From contig OY970223.1 of assembly GCA_963714015.1 (NCBI GenBank), positions 2,176,001 to 2,240,000 of the forward strand: 64,000 nucleotides of DNA. The letters are read 5' to 3'. Shown here piece after piece: positions 20,416 through 29,831 of this stretch. This DNA is from Vulcanimicrobiota bacterium (GTDB lineage Bacteria; Vulcanimicrobiota; Vulcanimicrobiia; Vulcanimicrobiales; Vulcanimicrobiaceae). Position 1 is the first letter of the stretch; each line of letters begins with the position of its first letter. The notes beneath the pieces are model-generated. The model was not told the origin of the DNA, searched no databases, and was given only the letters and a program-made list of their open reading frames with translations. The position numbers and the translations under genes were made by a program.

Positions 20416-22016
20416 TGAAAATAGAGGCGCTTGCCGCGGCGAGTTGCCTCGCGCTCGCTGCGTGTTCGCAAAACCGATCTCATGCAGAGATCCGCATAGC
20501 GCAGCAATGGGAACCTCAATCGCTCAATCCCGCGCTCGAAAACGGCACGTCGGCAGCAGAATGGGGACAGCTGCTGTTTTCGTACCTGGTGAATTACGAC
20601 GGGAAAGGACGCCTGATCGGCGATGCGGCGTTACAAGTGCCCACGCCGCAGAACGGCGGCATCAGCCGGGATGGTCTGACGATAACGTATCGTCTGCGCC
20701 CCGGAATTCGGTTCGCCGATGGTTCGCGCCTTACCGCACAGGATTGTGTCTGGTCGATCCGCGCGATCCAAAACCCGCGCAATCTGATTCAAAGCCGGTT
20801 CGCCTATGATGACGTGGCCGGCGCCGATGCTCCGAACGATCGGACGCTGGTGCTTCACCTGAAAAAGCGCTTTCCGCCGGTGATAACGGTCGTTTTGGCC
20901 CCGCAAGGTTTTCCGATTCTGCCCGCCCACTTGCTCGGCGCGTACCCCGATTTTAACCGCATTCCGTTTGATTCCAAGCCCGTCGGCTCGGGCCCATACC
21001 TGGTCGAGCAATGGTCGCGCGGCGATAGCGTACTGCTTCGGCCGAATCCGTATTACTTCAAAGGCATAGCGCGTCTGGGGCCGCTGCGGATATCCTTCGT
21101 TCCCAATCCGCAGACGGAATTAGACGAGTTGCAGACCCGGGAAATCGACGGTTTGGAGAACGATCAGGACGTCTCCAACTTCGGGTTCCTACGCAAGATT
21201 CCGGGGTATCGCGTTACCGCTACGCCGGAGCACGCCGTCGGTTCGGTGATATTCAATACGCGCGATCCGCTCACTTCCGATCCGCGTGTGCGGCACGCGC
21301 TCGCTGAAGCGATCGACATTCGCACCACGATTTCCAAAGCGTACCGCGGGGCGGTTTCCAGTGATGCTCCGGGCCGGGGACTGTTTCTATGGGCGTACGA
21401 TCCGAGAGCTTATCCGGAGATCCCGTACGATCCGCCGCACGCGCGTAAACTGCTCGATGCAGCCGGGTGGCATGCCGGTAAAGACGGCCTTCGCCGAAAA
21501 AACGGCGCGCAGCTGCGGGTCCTCTTGATCATCCAAGCCGGCACGCCGGTGGACGCAATCGTCGCCAATCTGATCGTGCAGTACGAGCGCGCGGTCGGTG
21601 CCGACGTAACGCTCAAAGAGTACAACATTACGCAATTCGTAGCTCCGGCGTCCGAAGGCGGACCGGTGTACTCCGGTAAGTTTCAACTCGCCTATTATGA
21701 TTTCGAGAACGGCGACGATCCGGATACGACCGACCAATTTGCTTGCCGTAACGTGCCGCCGGACGGTTACAATAAGTCGCGCCTCTGCGACCCCCGCGTG
21801 GATGCATTACTTCAAGCGGGTCTGCAAACGTACGATCCTTCCAAGCGAAAAGCGATCTACTCGCGACTCGAGTCTATCCTCTACCAGGATCTGCCCATCG
21901 CGCTCATGTTTCAGCGCCGCCAGATCAACGCATTCGCCGATCGCATCGCCGGCGTCGACGTTTCGCCCTGGGGACCGTTCTGGAACGTCGAGAAATGGCG
22001 GATGAGGCCCAAATGA
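20415..22016 (+). CDS. Peptide ABC transporter substrate-binding lipoprotein (family 5)
   Basis: Lipobox LAAC; ISRDGLTITYRLRPGIRFADG, PVGSGPY, DPRVRHAL. Confidence 0.92.
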   Translation: MKIEALAAASCLALAACSQNRSHAEIRIAQQWEPQSLNPALENGTSAAEWGQLLFSYLVNYDGKGRLIGDAALQVPTPQNGGISRDGLTITYRLRPGIRFADGSRLTAQDCVWSIRAIQNPRNLIQSRFAYDDVAGADAPNDRTLVLHLKKRFPPVITVVLAPQGFPILPAHLLGAYPDFNRIPFDSKPVGSGPYLVEQWSRGDSVLLRPNPYYFKGIARLGPLRISFVPNPQTELDELQTREIDGLENDQDVSNFGFLRKIPGYRVTATPEHAVGSVIFNTRDPLTSDPRVRHALAEAIDIRTTISKAYRGAVSSDAPGRGLFLWAYDPRAYPEIPYDPPHARKLLDAAGWHAGKDGLRRKNGAQLRVLLIIQAGTPVDAIVANLIVQYERAVGADVTLKEYNITQFVAPASEGGPVYSGKFQLAYYDFENGDDPDTTDQFACRNVPPDGYNKSRLCDPRVDALLQAGLQTYDPSKRKAIYSRLESILYQDLPIALMFQRRQINAFADRIAGVDVSPWGPFWNVEKWRMRPK

Positions 22017-22987
22017 CGCTCTTGCTGGGCGAACCATGGGTCGAAGTCACGCGTAACGGCATCGTGGAGTCCGTACACTGCGTTGCCGCTTGCGCTGTGG
22101 ATGCACAAGGCGCCGCAATCCTCGAAATCGGACGTCTCGACGTTCCATTCTATCTTCGATCCGCCGCAAAACCGTTCATCGCTTCAGCCATCGTCGCTGC
22201 CGGCGTCCCGGAACTCTTCGGCCTGGAGGAGCACGAGATTGCGGTGATCACCGCCTCGCACAGCGCGCAGACGTTTCATTTGGCCGCCGTCCGTTCGATT
22301 TTAGCGAAGATCGGTATGGATGAAGGCGCTTTGCAGTGCGGTTCCGAGGGACCCGGCTATCCGCCCGATCCGATCTACAACAACTGCTCCGGAAAGCACG
22401 CGGGAATACTCGCGCTTTGCGCCGCGATCGGAAGCGATCCCGCAACATACCTGGATCCGCGCAATGCAGCGCAGCAGCTGATTTTGGAAGTCTGCGCCGG
22501 CATGTCTGAGGTGCGCCGCGAAGAGCTCCACGTCGGAGTAGACGGCTGCGGCATCCCGGTGTATGCAACGACGCTGCGTCAGGCTGCCGTGTCGTATATG
22601 CGCCTTGCGGTCGGGCACGGATTGAATTCGCGGCATTCGGCGGCGCTGAAACGAGTGACTTCTGCGATGATCCGCTATCCCGAATATATGTCCGGAACCG
22701 GCGAGTTCGACGCCGCGCTCATCGAGGCCGGAGAAGGCATGCTGATTTGCAAAGGCGGCGCCGAAGGCGTGCACGGCGTCGCGCTGCTGGATCGCGGCGC
22801 CGGTTTCGTGTTGAAGGTCGCGGACGGCAACGCTCGGGCGCGTTCGCCCGGCGTCATCGCGGCGCTGCAACGGTTGCAAGTTCTCTCGCAGCGGCAGCTC
22901 GAACTGTTGCATGCGTTCGCCCGGCCCGAACTTCACAATAAGGCGGGGCGCCGAATCGGCGAGATCCGAGGAGTATCGAAATCATGA
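22013..22987 (+). CDS. L-asparaginase II (class 3, Rhizobium etli AnsA-type)
   Basis: RSAAKP, ASHS, NNCSGKH, DGCG and KGGAEG motifs; ATGA overlap with the upstream gene. Confidence 0.9.
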   Translation: MTLLLGEPWVEVTRNGIVESVHCVAACAVDAQGAAILEIGRLDVPFYLRSAAKPFIASAIVAAGVPELFGLEEHEIAVITASHSAQTFHLAAVRSILAKIGMDEGALQCGSEGPGYPPDPIYNNCSGKHAGILALCAAIGSDPATYLDPRNAAQQLILEVCAGMSEVRREELHVGVDGCGIPVYATTLRQAAVSYMRLAVGHGLNSRHSAALKRVTSAMIRYPEYMSGTGEFDAALIEAGEGMLICKGGAEGVHGVALLDRGAGFVLKVADGNARARSPGVIAALQRLQVLSQRQLELLHAFARPELHNKAGRRIGEIRGVSKS

Positions 22988-23991
22988 TTGCACCGATGCA
23001 GGCGGCGGATTGCGCGCTGCACGTCTATCCGGCCGCCGGAACCGTTGCGCCGCATCGCGCGCTGCACGGCCCCGGTTTGTTTCTGGACGGCGGCGGAAAG
23101 GACGTGGACGCAGGCTGGCGCTGGATCCACGACACGCTGGTTGGACGCCGGGTTCGGGGCGGAAACGTGGTGATTCTGCGCGCGTCCGGCGACAACGACT
23201 ATGATGCTTGGGCGCTCACCGTGGCGCCGTTTGCGTCGGTGCGAACGATTCTCATCCGGCCGTGCGCAAGCGCCGCACAAGTAAATAGGGCGGTTCCTTA
23301 CGTGCGCGCGGCTGATGCGGTATTTTTTGCCGGCGGAGATCAGGCGAATTACGTGGCTTGGAAGGACACCGCCTTACCGGCAGCGGTTCGCGGTGTTTAT
23401 TTGCGAGGAGGGGTCGTCGGCGGAACGAGCGCGGGCCTTGCCATTCAAGGGGCGAAAATCTACGATTCCGTCGCCGCGGATCGCGTGCTCGCCGACGGCG
23501 AGCTCCAAACGTCGCAAGCGGTTCGCGATCCATACACGTCCGCGATGAGTTTTACGAACGATCTCTTCCATTGGCCGGCGTTGCGGGAGACGATAACCGA
23601 TACGCATTTCGCGCGTCGCGACCGCTTCGGACGGCTAGCCGCGTTTCTGTCGCGGACGGGTATGCGCTACGGACTTGCGATCGACGAAGGAAGCGCGCTC
23701 GAAGTCGACCGTAATGGAATCGCAACCTTGGTCATCGGACCCGATCGGGGCTACTCGACCAGAGGCGCATTCATCTTAACGCCTCTGTCGGCGCGTGCGC
23801 TCCCACGCACGCCGCTTAGAGAAGTATTGCGCGTGACGCATTTGAACGTGTGCGGCGAGCGGTACGATTTGACTCGGCACCGAGGCGCGGGCGCTGTGTA
23901 TACCGTCCGCGTGGAGGGAGCGCTCACGCCGCCTTACGTTCCGCGCGATCCCTACGGCGCTCGGGCATCTTGTGAAGCCTCCCAAAGCTGA
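22984..23991 (+). CDS. Cyanophycinase-like serine peptidase (family S51)
   Basis: FFAGGDQ, GGTSAG nucleophile, DTHF..RDRFGRL, AIDE; ATGA overlap. Confidence 0.85.
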   Translation: MIAPMQAADCALHVYPAAGTVAPHRALHGPGLFLDGGGKDVDAGWRWIHDTLVGRRVRGGNVVILRASGDNDYDAWALTVAPFASVRTILIRPCASAAQVNRAVPYVRAADAVFFAGGDQANYVAWKDTALPAAVRGVYLRGGVVGGTSAGLAIQGAKIYDSVAADRVLADGELQTSQAVRDPYTSAMSFTNDLFHWPALRETITDTHFARRDRFGRLAAFLSRTGMRYGLAIDEGSALEVDRNGIATLVIGPDRGYSTRGAFILTPLSARALPRTPLREVLRVTHLNVCGERYDLTRHRGAGAVYTVRVEGALTPPYVPRDPYGARASCEASQS

Positions 23992-24133
23992 GAGGCCGTT
24001 GTAAGATAAAAACCTTCTTATTCGTGGATGCCGCGATGGATGCCGCCACGGCAAGACAGACTGCGATGTGACAGGGACTTTTGTCGGTTGCGTGGCATAC
24101 ACCACGACGCGAACGCGGACCCTCATTCAAGAC

Positions 24134-24565
24134 ATGACCAAAGAGCAACTGTACTCGGAATATGCCGGATATCATCAAGATATGCGGAATCGGCGTGCTC
24201 ACGCCGTGGGGATCCCGCTCATCGTCGTAGGACTCTTGGGCGTTCTGCACTTGGTGCGGATCGGTCCGGTAGATTTGGCCGCTGCGGCGGCCGTCGCGGT
24301 CCTGCTCTATTACGTCGCGATCGACGCGCGCGGCGCTCTCGTTTCAGCGGTTGCTTTCGCAGTTCTGTACTGTATCGCCGTCCGTTTGACTTGGGAAGCA
24401 AATGTTGGGGCTTTTATTCTCGGATGGGGCTTCCAACTCGTCGGTCACCGCCTCGAGGGCAATCGGCCCAAGTTCGTGGAGAACGTGGTCTATTTGCTCA
24501 TCGGCCCCCTCTACTTTTTTCAAGAACTTTTCGGTTCGTTAAGCAAGGCGAGGCGGCCAACTTGA
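24134..24565 (+). CDS. DUF962 / Mpo1-like membrane protein
   Basis: Y..YHQD..NRRAHAVGIP, GWGFQLVGHRLEGNRP, LLIGP. Confidence 0.85.
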   Translation: MTKEQLYSEYAGYHQDMRNRRAHAVGIPLIVVGLLGVLHLVRIGPVDLAAAAAVAVLLYYVAIDARGALVSAVAFAVLYCIAVRLTWEANVGAFILGWGFQLVGHRLEGNRPKFVENVVYLLIGPLYFFQELFGSLSKARRPT

Positions 24566-24594
24566 TTGCATTTACGTAAACCGCGTGGTAGGAT
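24566..24594 (+). promoter_or_regulatory. Sigma70-type promoter for the zinc-ribbon gene
   Basis: TTGCAT-N17-TAGGAT with a TG extension. Confidence 0.6.
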
Positions 24595-24700
24595 TGCCGG
24601 GTAAAATCTGGTTTCGAAGTCCCCTCAGTGTCCTCTCTCAACGGTACCTAGGCGAGTCGAATCAGGCCCAAACAAACCACGTTATAAGGAGTCTCGTTTA

Positions 24701-25015
24701 GTGTACGTTGATGAAATGTTGAACTGCGTCGATTGTGGACGCCAGTTCGCGTTCACGGCCGGAGAACAGCAGTTCTACGCCAGCAAGGGCTTTCAAAACA
24801 AGCCGAATCGTTGCCCCGATTGCCGGCAGGCGCGCAAGCAAATGCGCTCGCAGTCCGGCGGGGGCGGCGGTATGGGCGGCGGCGGACAGCGTCGTGAAAT
24901 GTACCAGGCAACATGCAGCCAATGCGGCGGCATTGCAGAGGTGCCGTTCCAGCCGCGCGGCGACAAGCCGGTGTATTGCCGCGACTGCTTCCAGTCCAAA
25001 CCCAGCTACCGCTAG
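24701..25015 (+). CDS. Zinc-ribbon protein with CxxC-x17-CxxC domain
   Basis: CVDC..FAFTAGEQQFY..KGF.N.P.RCPDC, Gly linker, CSQC..AEVPFQP...PVYCRDCF; AAGGAG RBS. Confidence 0.92.
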   Translation: MYVDEMLNCVDCGRQFAFTAGEQQFYASKGFQNKPNRCPDCRQARKQMRSQSGGGGGMGGGGQRREMYQATCSQCGGIAEVPFQPRGDKPVYCRDCFQSKPSYR

Positions 25016-25036
25016 TACTGGGAATTACGCAGAAAT

Positions 25037-25064
25037 GAGCTCGCCGCACCGGCGGGCTCTTTTT
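25037..25064 (+). terminator. Rho-independent terminator
   Basis: GAGCTCGCCG-cac-CGGCGGGCTC followed by TTTTT. Confidence 0.8.
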
Positions 25065-25065
25065 G

Positions 25066-25085
25066 CTTTTCAGAATCTTTTCAGA
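25066..25085 (+). promoter_or_regulatory. Candidate OmpR-family direct-repeat site
   Basis: Perfect CTTTTCAGA x2 with 11-bp period, 45 nt upstream of ATG 25131. Confidence 0.45.
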
Positions 25086-25130
25086 GCTTCTGCCTAGCCT
25101 GAGGACTCCACATTCTCTGAGGAGACCTCG

Positions 25131-26286
25131 ATGCGAGCAACCATGGTGCCCATTGCAGCCGCAGCGGTTATTGCACTGGCGGCCTGCTCTTCACCCGGCG
25201 GTCCAAGTGCGACCGCTCCGATAGTTCCGCAGTCCATCGCCGGACGAGGCGTCCAGGCGCCTCAAACCAGCGACTCGTCGGTTCTGCAAAATTTGCACGA
25301 GCAGACTGTCGGTTCGGTCGCCGATCCGGTCACCGGCGACGTAAATCCGTACGGACTGGCGGTTGCGCCCATAACCAACGGAAAGATCGACGCCGGCGAT
25401 CTCGTCGTCTGCGATTTCAACGACAAGCAAAACGTTCAAGGCACCGGTACGGCGATCGTGTCGATCGGTCCGGCCATCGGTTCGAAGCCTCGCCATATCG
25501 TCGATGCGAAAGTCTTGGAAGGTTGCGACGCAATTGCGCTTGCTCCCGACGATACGATCTGGCCCGCGGACTTTGTCGCGAACAACGCGCCTATCGTCAC
25601 GCCCGGTGGAAAGATTCTCACGACGGAGAGCAATGGACCATGGCACGGCCCTTGGGGCGAAGCGTTCGTTCCGCCGCTGAGCGAGAAGAACGTCCCGGCG
25701 TTTTACGTGAGCAATGCGGGCGACGGAAGCCTGGTTCGCATTGGGCTGGGGAACCAAGTAACGTTCACCGTCATCGCAACCGGCTTTCCCGTCAACGGCG
25801 GACAGCCCGGAAGCATTCTCGGGCCGTCGGGATTGAATTACGTCGCCTCGAGCGACCGCCTGTACGTGGTCGACGGAACGGATAACGCGCTGTATGCGAT
25901 CGACAACGTCTCGAGCGTCCATAAGAACGGCATCACGGTCGACGGACTGCAATTCAGCGGCCCGGATGCAAAAGATGCACACGTTATTTATGCGGGCAAG
26001 CCGCTGAACGGCCCGATTCAGCTCGGCGCTGCTGCCCGGTGGGCATATCGCTCTGGGCAACACGCTGGACCCGGCCGGCAAGAACCTCATCGTCGAGGTC
26101 ACGCCGGGCGGAAAGGTGGCCGACGTGCGAAATATCGATACAGGCGCATCGGGCGCAATCTTCGGAATGGCCGCAACGGGCGATTCGCCGGCCACGACCA
26201 AGCTGTACTTTAACGACGACAACGACAACACGCTTCGCGTGCTGACGCCGTGCCTGGTAACCAGCCCTCGCCAGGTTGCCTGCTGA
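25131..26286 (+). CDS. Secreted beta-propeller-like lipoprotein (frameshift near 26019)
   Basis: GAGGAG RBS, lipobox LAAC, NPYGL/GPSGL blades; continues NGPISSALLPGG...LYFNDDNDN after removing one base next to AGCT 26020-26023. Confidence 0.7.
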
Positions 26287-26319
26287 TCCGCCGCCCAACG
26301 GTATGCTACAGTACCCCGA

Positions 26320-26716
26320 GTGACCGCCGTTAGTTGGAACGTTAAATTGGACACTGCCGGGAACGCAGACTGATGTGCGCCGGCAGTTTGTCCGTTTTCT
26401 GCGGTCGAGCACGCGGAGCGACGGCCGCTTCTTCGATGCAGAGCTCGTCGTCGGAGAACTGTTGGCCAACGTGGCTCAACACGAGCCGGGCGAGGCCAGG
26501 ATGACCGTCGACGTGGCAGGTGACGAGGCGATCGTAACGCTCGAAGGTCCCGGTCCAAAGATTGACGACCCCTCGCAACTTCCGGATGGACTCTGTGAAG
26601 GCGGGCGCGGCCTATTTCTGATTCAGACGCTCTCGCGCGACTATTATCGCCGGCGCACCGCCGGAGGCATCCACACGACGGTGGTGCTCGGGCTGCGTCG
26701 CCGGCGCACGGTCTAG
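26320..26716 (+). CDS. RsbW-like HATPase / anti-sigma-type ATP-binding protein (probable frameshift near 26369)
   Basis: AELVVGELLANVAQH and EGGRGLFLI motifs; GTG 26320 joins the frame if AGACT 26367-26371 is read as AGCT. Confidence 0.75.
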
Positions 26717-26771
26717 TCTTCCGCCACGGCCCGGCCGGGAGTCCGGCGCTTGTACTTCGTATACGGCGTGC

Positions 26772-28367
26772 ATGACGACCACCTACGATGCGATCATCAT
26801 CGGCGGCGGCCATAACGGTTTGGTTGCGGCCTGCTATTTGGCTCGCGCGAAGCGGCGAGTGCTCGTACTGGAACGCCGCTACATCGTCGGCGGCGCCTGC
26901 GTTACCGAAGAACGGACGTTTCCGGGATTCAAAATCTCTACGGCCGCGTACGTGAATAGTCTTTTCCGGCCGGAGATCGTTCGCGATCTCAACCTGACTG
27001 CGTACGGGTTCGAACTGCTCGAGCGCGATCCGGCGTCGTTTTCGCCGTTTCCGGACGGACGGTACTTGATGCTCGGAGGCGATGAGCACTTTAACCTCTC
27101 GGAGATATCCAAGTTCAGCCGCAAAGACGCAGAGCGCTATCCGCAGTACGAACAGATGCTGCTGCGCGTGGCGTCCGTGATAGAACCGACGCTTACGAAG
27201 CGGCCGCCGAACGTGCTCAGTCCTTCGGTGCCGGATTTGCTGCAAATGGGAATGCTCGGCCTCGACATGCGCAAGCTCGGCCCGTCCATGGGAGAAGCGG
27301 TGGAGATCCTCACCGGTGCGGCACGGCCGATTTTGGATCGTTGGTTCGAATCGGAGCAGCTCAAGGCCACGCTTGGAACGGATGCAATCATCGGAGCGTT
27401 TGCGGCCCCGTCCATGCCTGGTACCGCGTATGTCTTGTTCCATCACGTGATGGGCGAGACGAACGGCAAACGCGGGGTCTGGGCCTACGTGAAGGGCGGT
27501 ATGGGCAGCCTCACACAAGCGCTGGCACAAGCCGCGGGCGATCTCGGCGTAGAGATCAAAACCGAGGCTGAGGTGGCGCGCATTCTAACCAAAGATGGTG
27601 CGGTGACCGGCGTGGCGCTGAGCAACGGCGACGAATTCAGGGCAACGACCATCGCCAGCAGTGCGGATTGCAACGTGACGTTCAATAAATTATTGAACGG
27701 CGCGCGAAGCGAGCTTCCGAGCGGGTTCATGGACGCCGTCAACAGCATCAGCTACGAGAGCGCTTCGGCGAAGATCAACGTCGCTTTGGAACGTCTGCCG
27801 AGCTTCGCAGCGCTGCCCGGTCACGAGCCGGGTCCTCAACATCACGGAACGGTGCATCTCTGTCCGGATCAAGACTTCATCGAGCGCGCCTATGACGACG
27901 CCAAGTACGGTGTGCCTTCACGCAGTCCGGTCGTTGAATGCACGATGCCTTCGTCGGTCGATCCGACCGTTGCGCCGCCCGGAAAGCACGTGATGTCGAT
28001 GTTCGTCCAGTACGCGCCCTACAAGCTGAAAGACGGCGAGTGGACGAGTGAAGCGAAGAACGCCTTTGCGGACAGCTGCTTCGATATCGTGGAAGAGTAC
28101 GCGCCCGGATTCAAAGAATCGGTGATCGATCGCCAGATTCTTACGCCGGTCGACCTGGAGGAGACGTTCAACCTCACGGGCGGCAACATCTTCCAAGGCG
28201 CGATGAACCTGGACAAGCTCTTCATGTTCCGGCCTGCGCCGGGATATGCCGGATACAAGATGCCGATCAAAGGTCTGTACCTTTGCGGCGCGGCAGCGCA
28301 CCCCGGCGGCGGCGTAATGGGTTCGCCCGGCTGGAACGCGGCGCGAGAAATTCTTCGCAACAAGTAA
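26772..28367 (+). CDS. FAD-dependent oxidoreductase, phytoene-dehydrogenase-like (COG1233)
   Basis: GGGHNGL..A..LA, GGACVTEE, GGMG.LT, GGNIFQG, LYLCGA..HPGGGVMG. Confidence 0.88.
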   Translation: MTTTYDAIIIGGGHNGLVAACYLARAKRRVLVLERRYIVGGACVTEERTFPGFKISTAAYVNSLFRPEIVRDLNLTAYGFELLERDPASFSPFPDGRYLMLGGDEHFNLSEISKFSRKDAERYPQYEQMLLRVASVIEPTLTKRPPNVLSPSVPDLLQMGMLGLDMRKLGPSMGEAVEILTGAARPILDRWFESEQLKATLGTDAIIGAFAAPSMPGTAYVLFHHVMGETNGKRGVWAYVKGGMGSLTQALAQAAGDLGVEIKTEAEVARILTKDGAVTGVALSNGDEFRATTIASSADCNVTFNKLLNGARSELPSGFMDAVNSISYESASAKINVALERLPSFAALPGHEPGPQHHGTVHLCPDQDFIERAYDDAKYGVPSRSPVVECTMPSSVDPTVAPPGKHVMSMFVQYAPYKLKDGEWTSEAKNAFADSCFDIVEEYAPGFKESVIDRQILTPVDLEETFNLTGGNIFQGAMNLDKLFMFRPAPGYAGYKMPIKGLYLCGAAAHPGGGVMGSPGWNAAREILRNK

Positions 28368-28389
28368 TGCCAATGAAACAGAAAGAACA

Positions 28390-29055
28390 ATGACGACCAC
28401 GAGATCGTTCTATCTGCCGGAAAACGTCGAGCAGTACATCTTGACCACGACGTTGCGCGATGATGCGGTGCTGCGGGATTTGCGCGAGGAAACGGCGCGA
28501 ATGCCTCAAGCGGGAATGCAAACGGGCGCAGATCAGGTGCAGTTCCTGCAGCTGCTGGTGCGGCTTATCGCCGCCAAGCGCTGCATCGAAGTCGGCGTAT
28601 TTACGGGGTATAGCGCGCTGGGTGTGGCGCTGGCGCTGCCCGCCGACGGGACGATTTTGGCATGCGACGTGAGCGAGGAGTTCACGTCGGTGGGGCGCCG
28701 CTACTGGGAACGTGCCGGAGTTGCGAGTAAGATCGATCTGCAGCTCGCGCCGGCCGCGCAGACGCTCGATCGCAAGATTGCCCAGGGCGAAGCGGGGACG
28801 TACGACTTCGCTTACATCGACGCCGACAAACCGTCGTACGATGCCTATTACGAACGCTGCCTGACGCTGATCCGTCCGAACGGCGTGATCGCCGTGGACA
28901 ACGTTCTGTGGAGCGGCGACGTCGCCGATCCGGCGGTATCGGACGAAAGCACGGCGGCGTTGCGCGCGATCAACACAAAGATCGGTCGCGACGAGCGAGT
29001 CGATGCTACGCTCTTGCCGCTGGGTGACGGACTGATGATCGTCCGCAAGCGGTGA
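28390..29055 (+). CDS. SAM-dependent O-methyltransferase (caffeoyl-CoA OMT-like)
   Basis: EVGVFTGYS, YIDADK, AVDNVLWSG, LGDGL. Confidence 0.92.
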   Translation: MTTTRSFYLPENVEQYILTTTLRDDAVLRDLREETARMPQAGMQTGADQVQFLQLLVRLIAAKRCIEVGVFTGYSALGVALALPADGTILACDVSEEFTSVGRRYWERAGVASKIDLQLAPAAQTLDRKIAQGEAGTYDFAYIDADKPSYDAYYERCLTLIRPNGVIAVDNVLWSGDVADPAVSDESTAALRAINTKIGRDERVDATLLPLGDGLMIVRKR

Positions 29056-29831
29056 AGATCGTTACCCTGAACTGCAACGGAATTCGATCCGCAGCGCGTA
29101 AGGGGTTCTACAGTTGGATGGAGGCGCAGGATGCAGACTTCATCTGTCTGCAGGAGACGAAGGCTCAGGAGCATCAGCTCCCGCTCGAAGCGGCGGCCGT
29201 TTCGCACTATACCGGCGTGTTTTTGGATGCCGAGAAGAAGGGCTACAGCGGCGTCGCCATCTATGCCAAACGCGAACCGCAAAACGTCGTTCGCGGCTTG
29301 GGCTGGCCGGAATACGACCGCGAGGCGCGATGGCTGCAGTTCGACTACGACGAATTCAGCATCGTTTCGCTTTACGTGCCGTCCGGCTCGATGGGCCCCG
29401 CGCGGCAGGCTGTAAAAGAAGCCTTTCTCGAAAAATTCTATCCGGAACTCGCGCGTTTGCGCGCGAGCGGGCGCACCTTCATCATCTGCGGCGACTTCAA
29501 TATTGCGCATAAGGAGATCGACGTTTACAACCCTATCCGGTGCAGCAAAATCTCCGGATTCTTTCCTCACGAGCGCGCCTGGATGGATCGCGTCATAACC
29601 GAACTGGGCTGGGTCGACGGCTTTCGCTCGGCCAACCCAGAGCCCAAACAGTTCAGTTGGTGGTCGAATTTTCAGAACGCGTTCGCGCGCAACAACGGCT
29701 GGCGCATCGACTATCACCTCCTCACGCCGGACCTGGGGCCGTCAGTGAAATCGGCCTCTATCTATCGCGAGGCGCGCTTCTCCGATCATGCTCCGGTACT
29801 TCTGGAGTACGATCTGGACCTTGGAGCATGA
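29052..29831 (+). CDS. xth: Exodeoxyribonuclease III / AP endonuclease
   Basis: NCNGIRS, CLQETK, KKGYSGV, GDFNIAH, GWRIDY, SDHAP. Confidence 0.95.
   Translation: MKIVTLNCNGIRSAARKGFYSWMEAQDADFICLQETKAQEHQLPLEAAAVSHYTGVFLDAEKKGYSGVAIYAKREPQNVVRGLGWPEYDREARWLQFDYDEFSIVSLYVPSGSMGPARQAVKEAFLEKFYPELARLRASGRTFIICGDFNIAHKEIDVYNPIRCSKISGFFPHERAWMDRVITELGWVDGFRSANPEPKQFSWWSNFQNAFARNNGWRIDYHLLTPDLGPSVKSASIYREARFSDHAPVLLEYDLDLGA

Noticed and set aside
25191..27530. Long antisense ORFs (also 8205-9476, 14644-15903, 39101-40681, 52919-54415)
   Set aside because: Shadow ORFs expected at high GC; no recognisable motifs and opposite well-supported genes.
26772..28367. Carotenoid biosynthesis (crtI)
   Set aside because: Generic COG1233 features and no crtB, crtE or crtY nearby.
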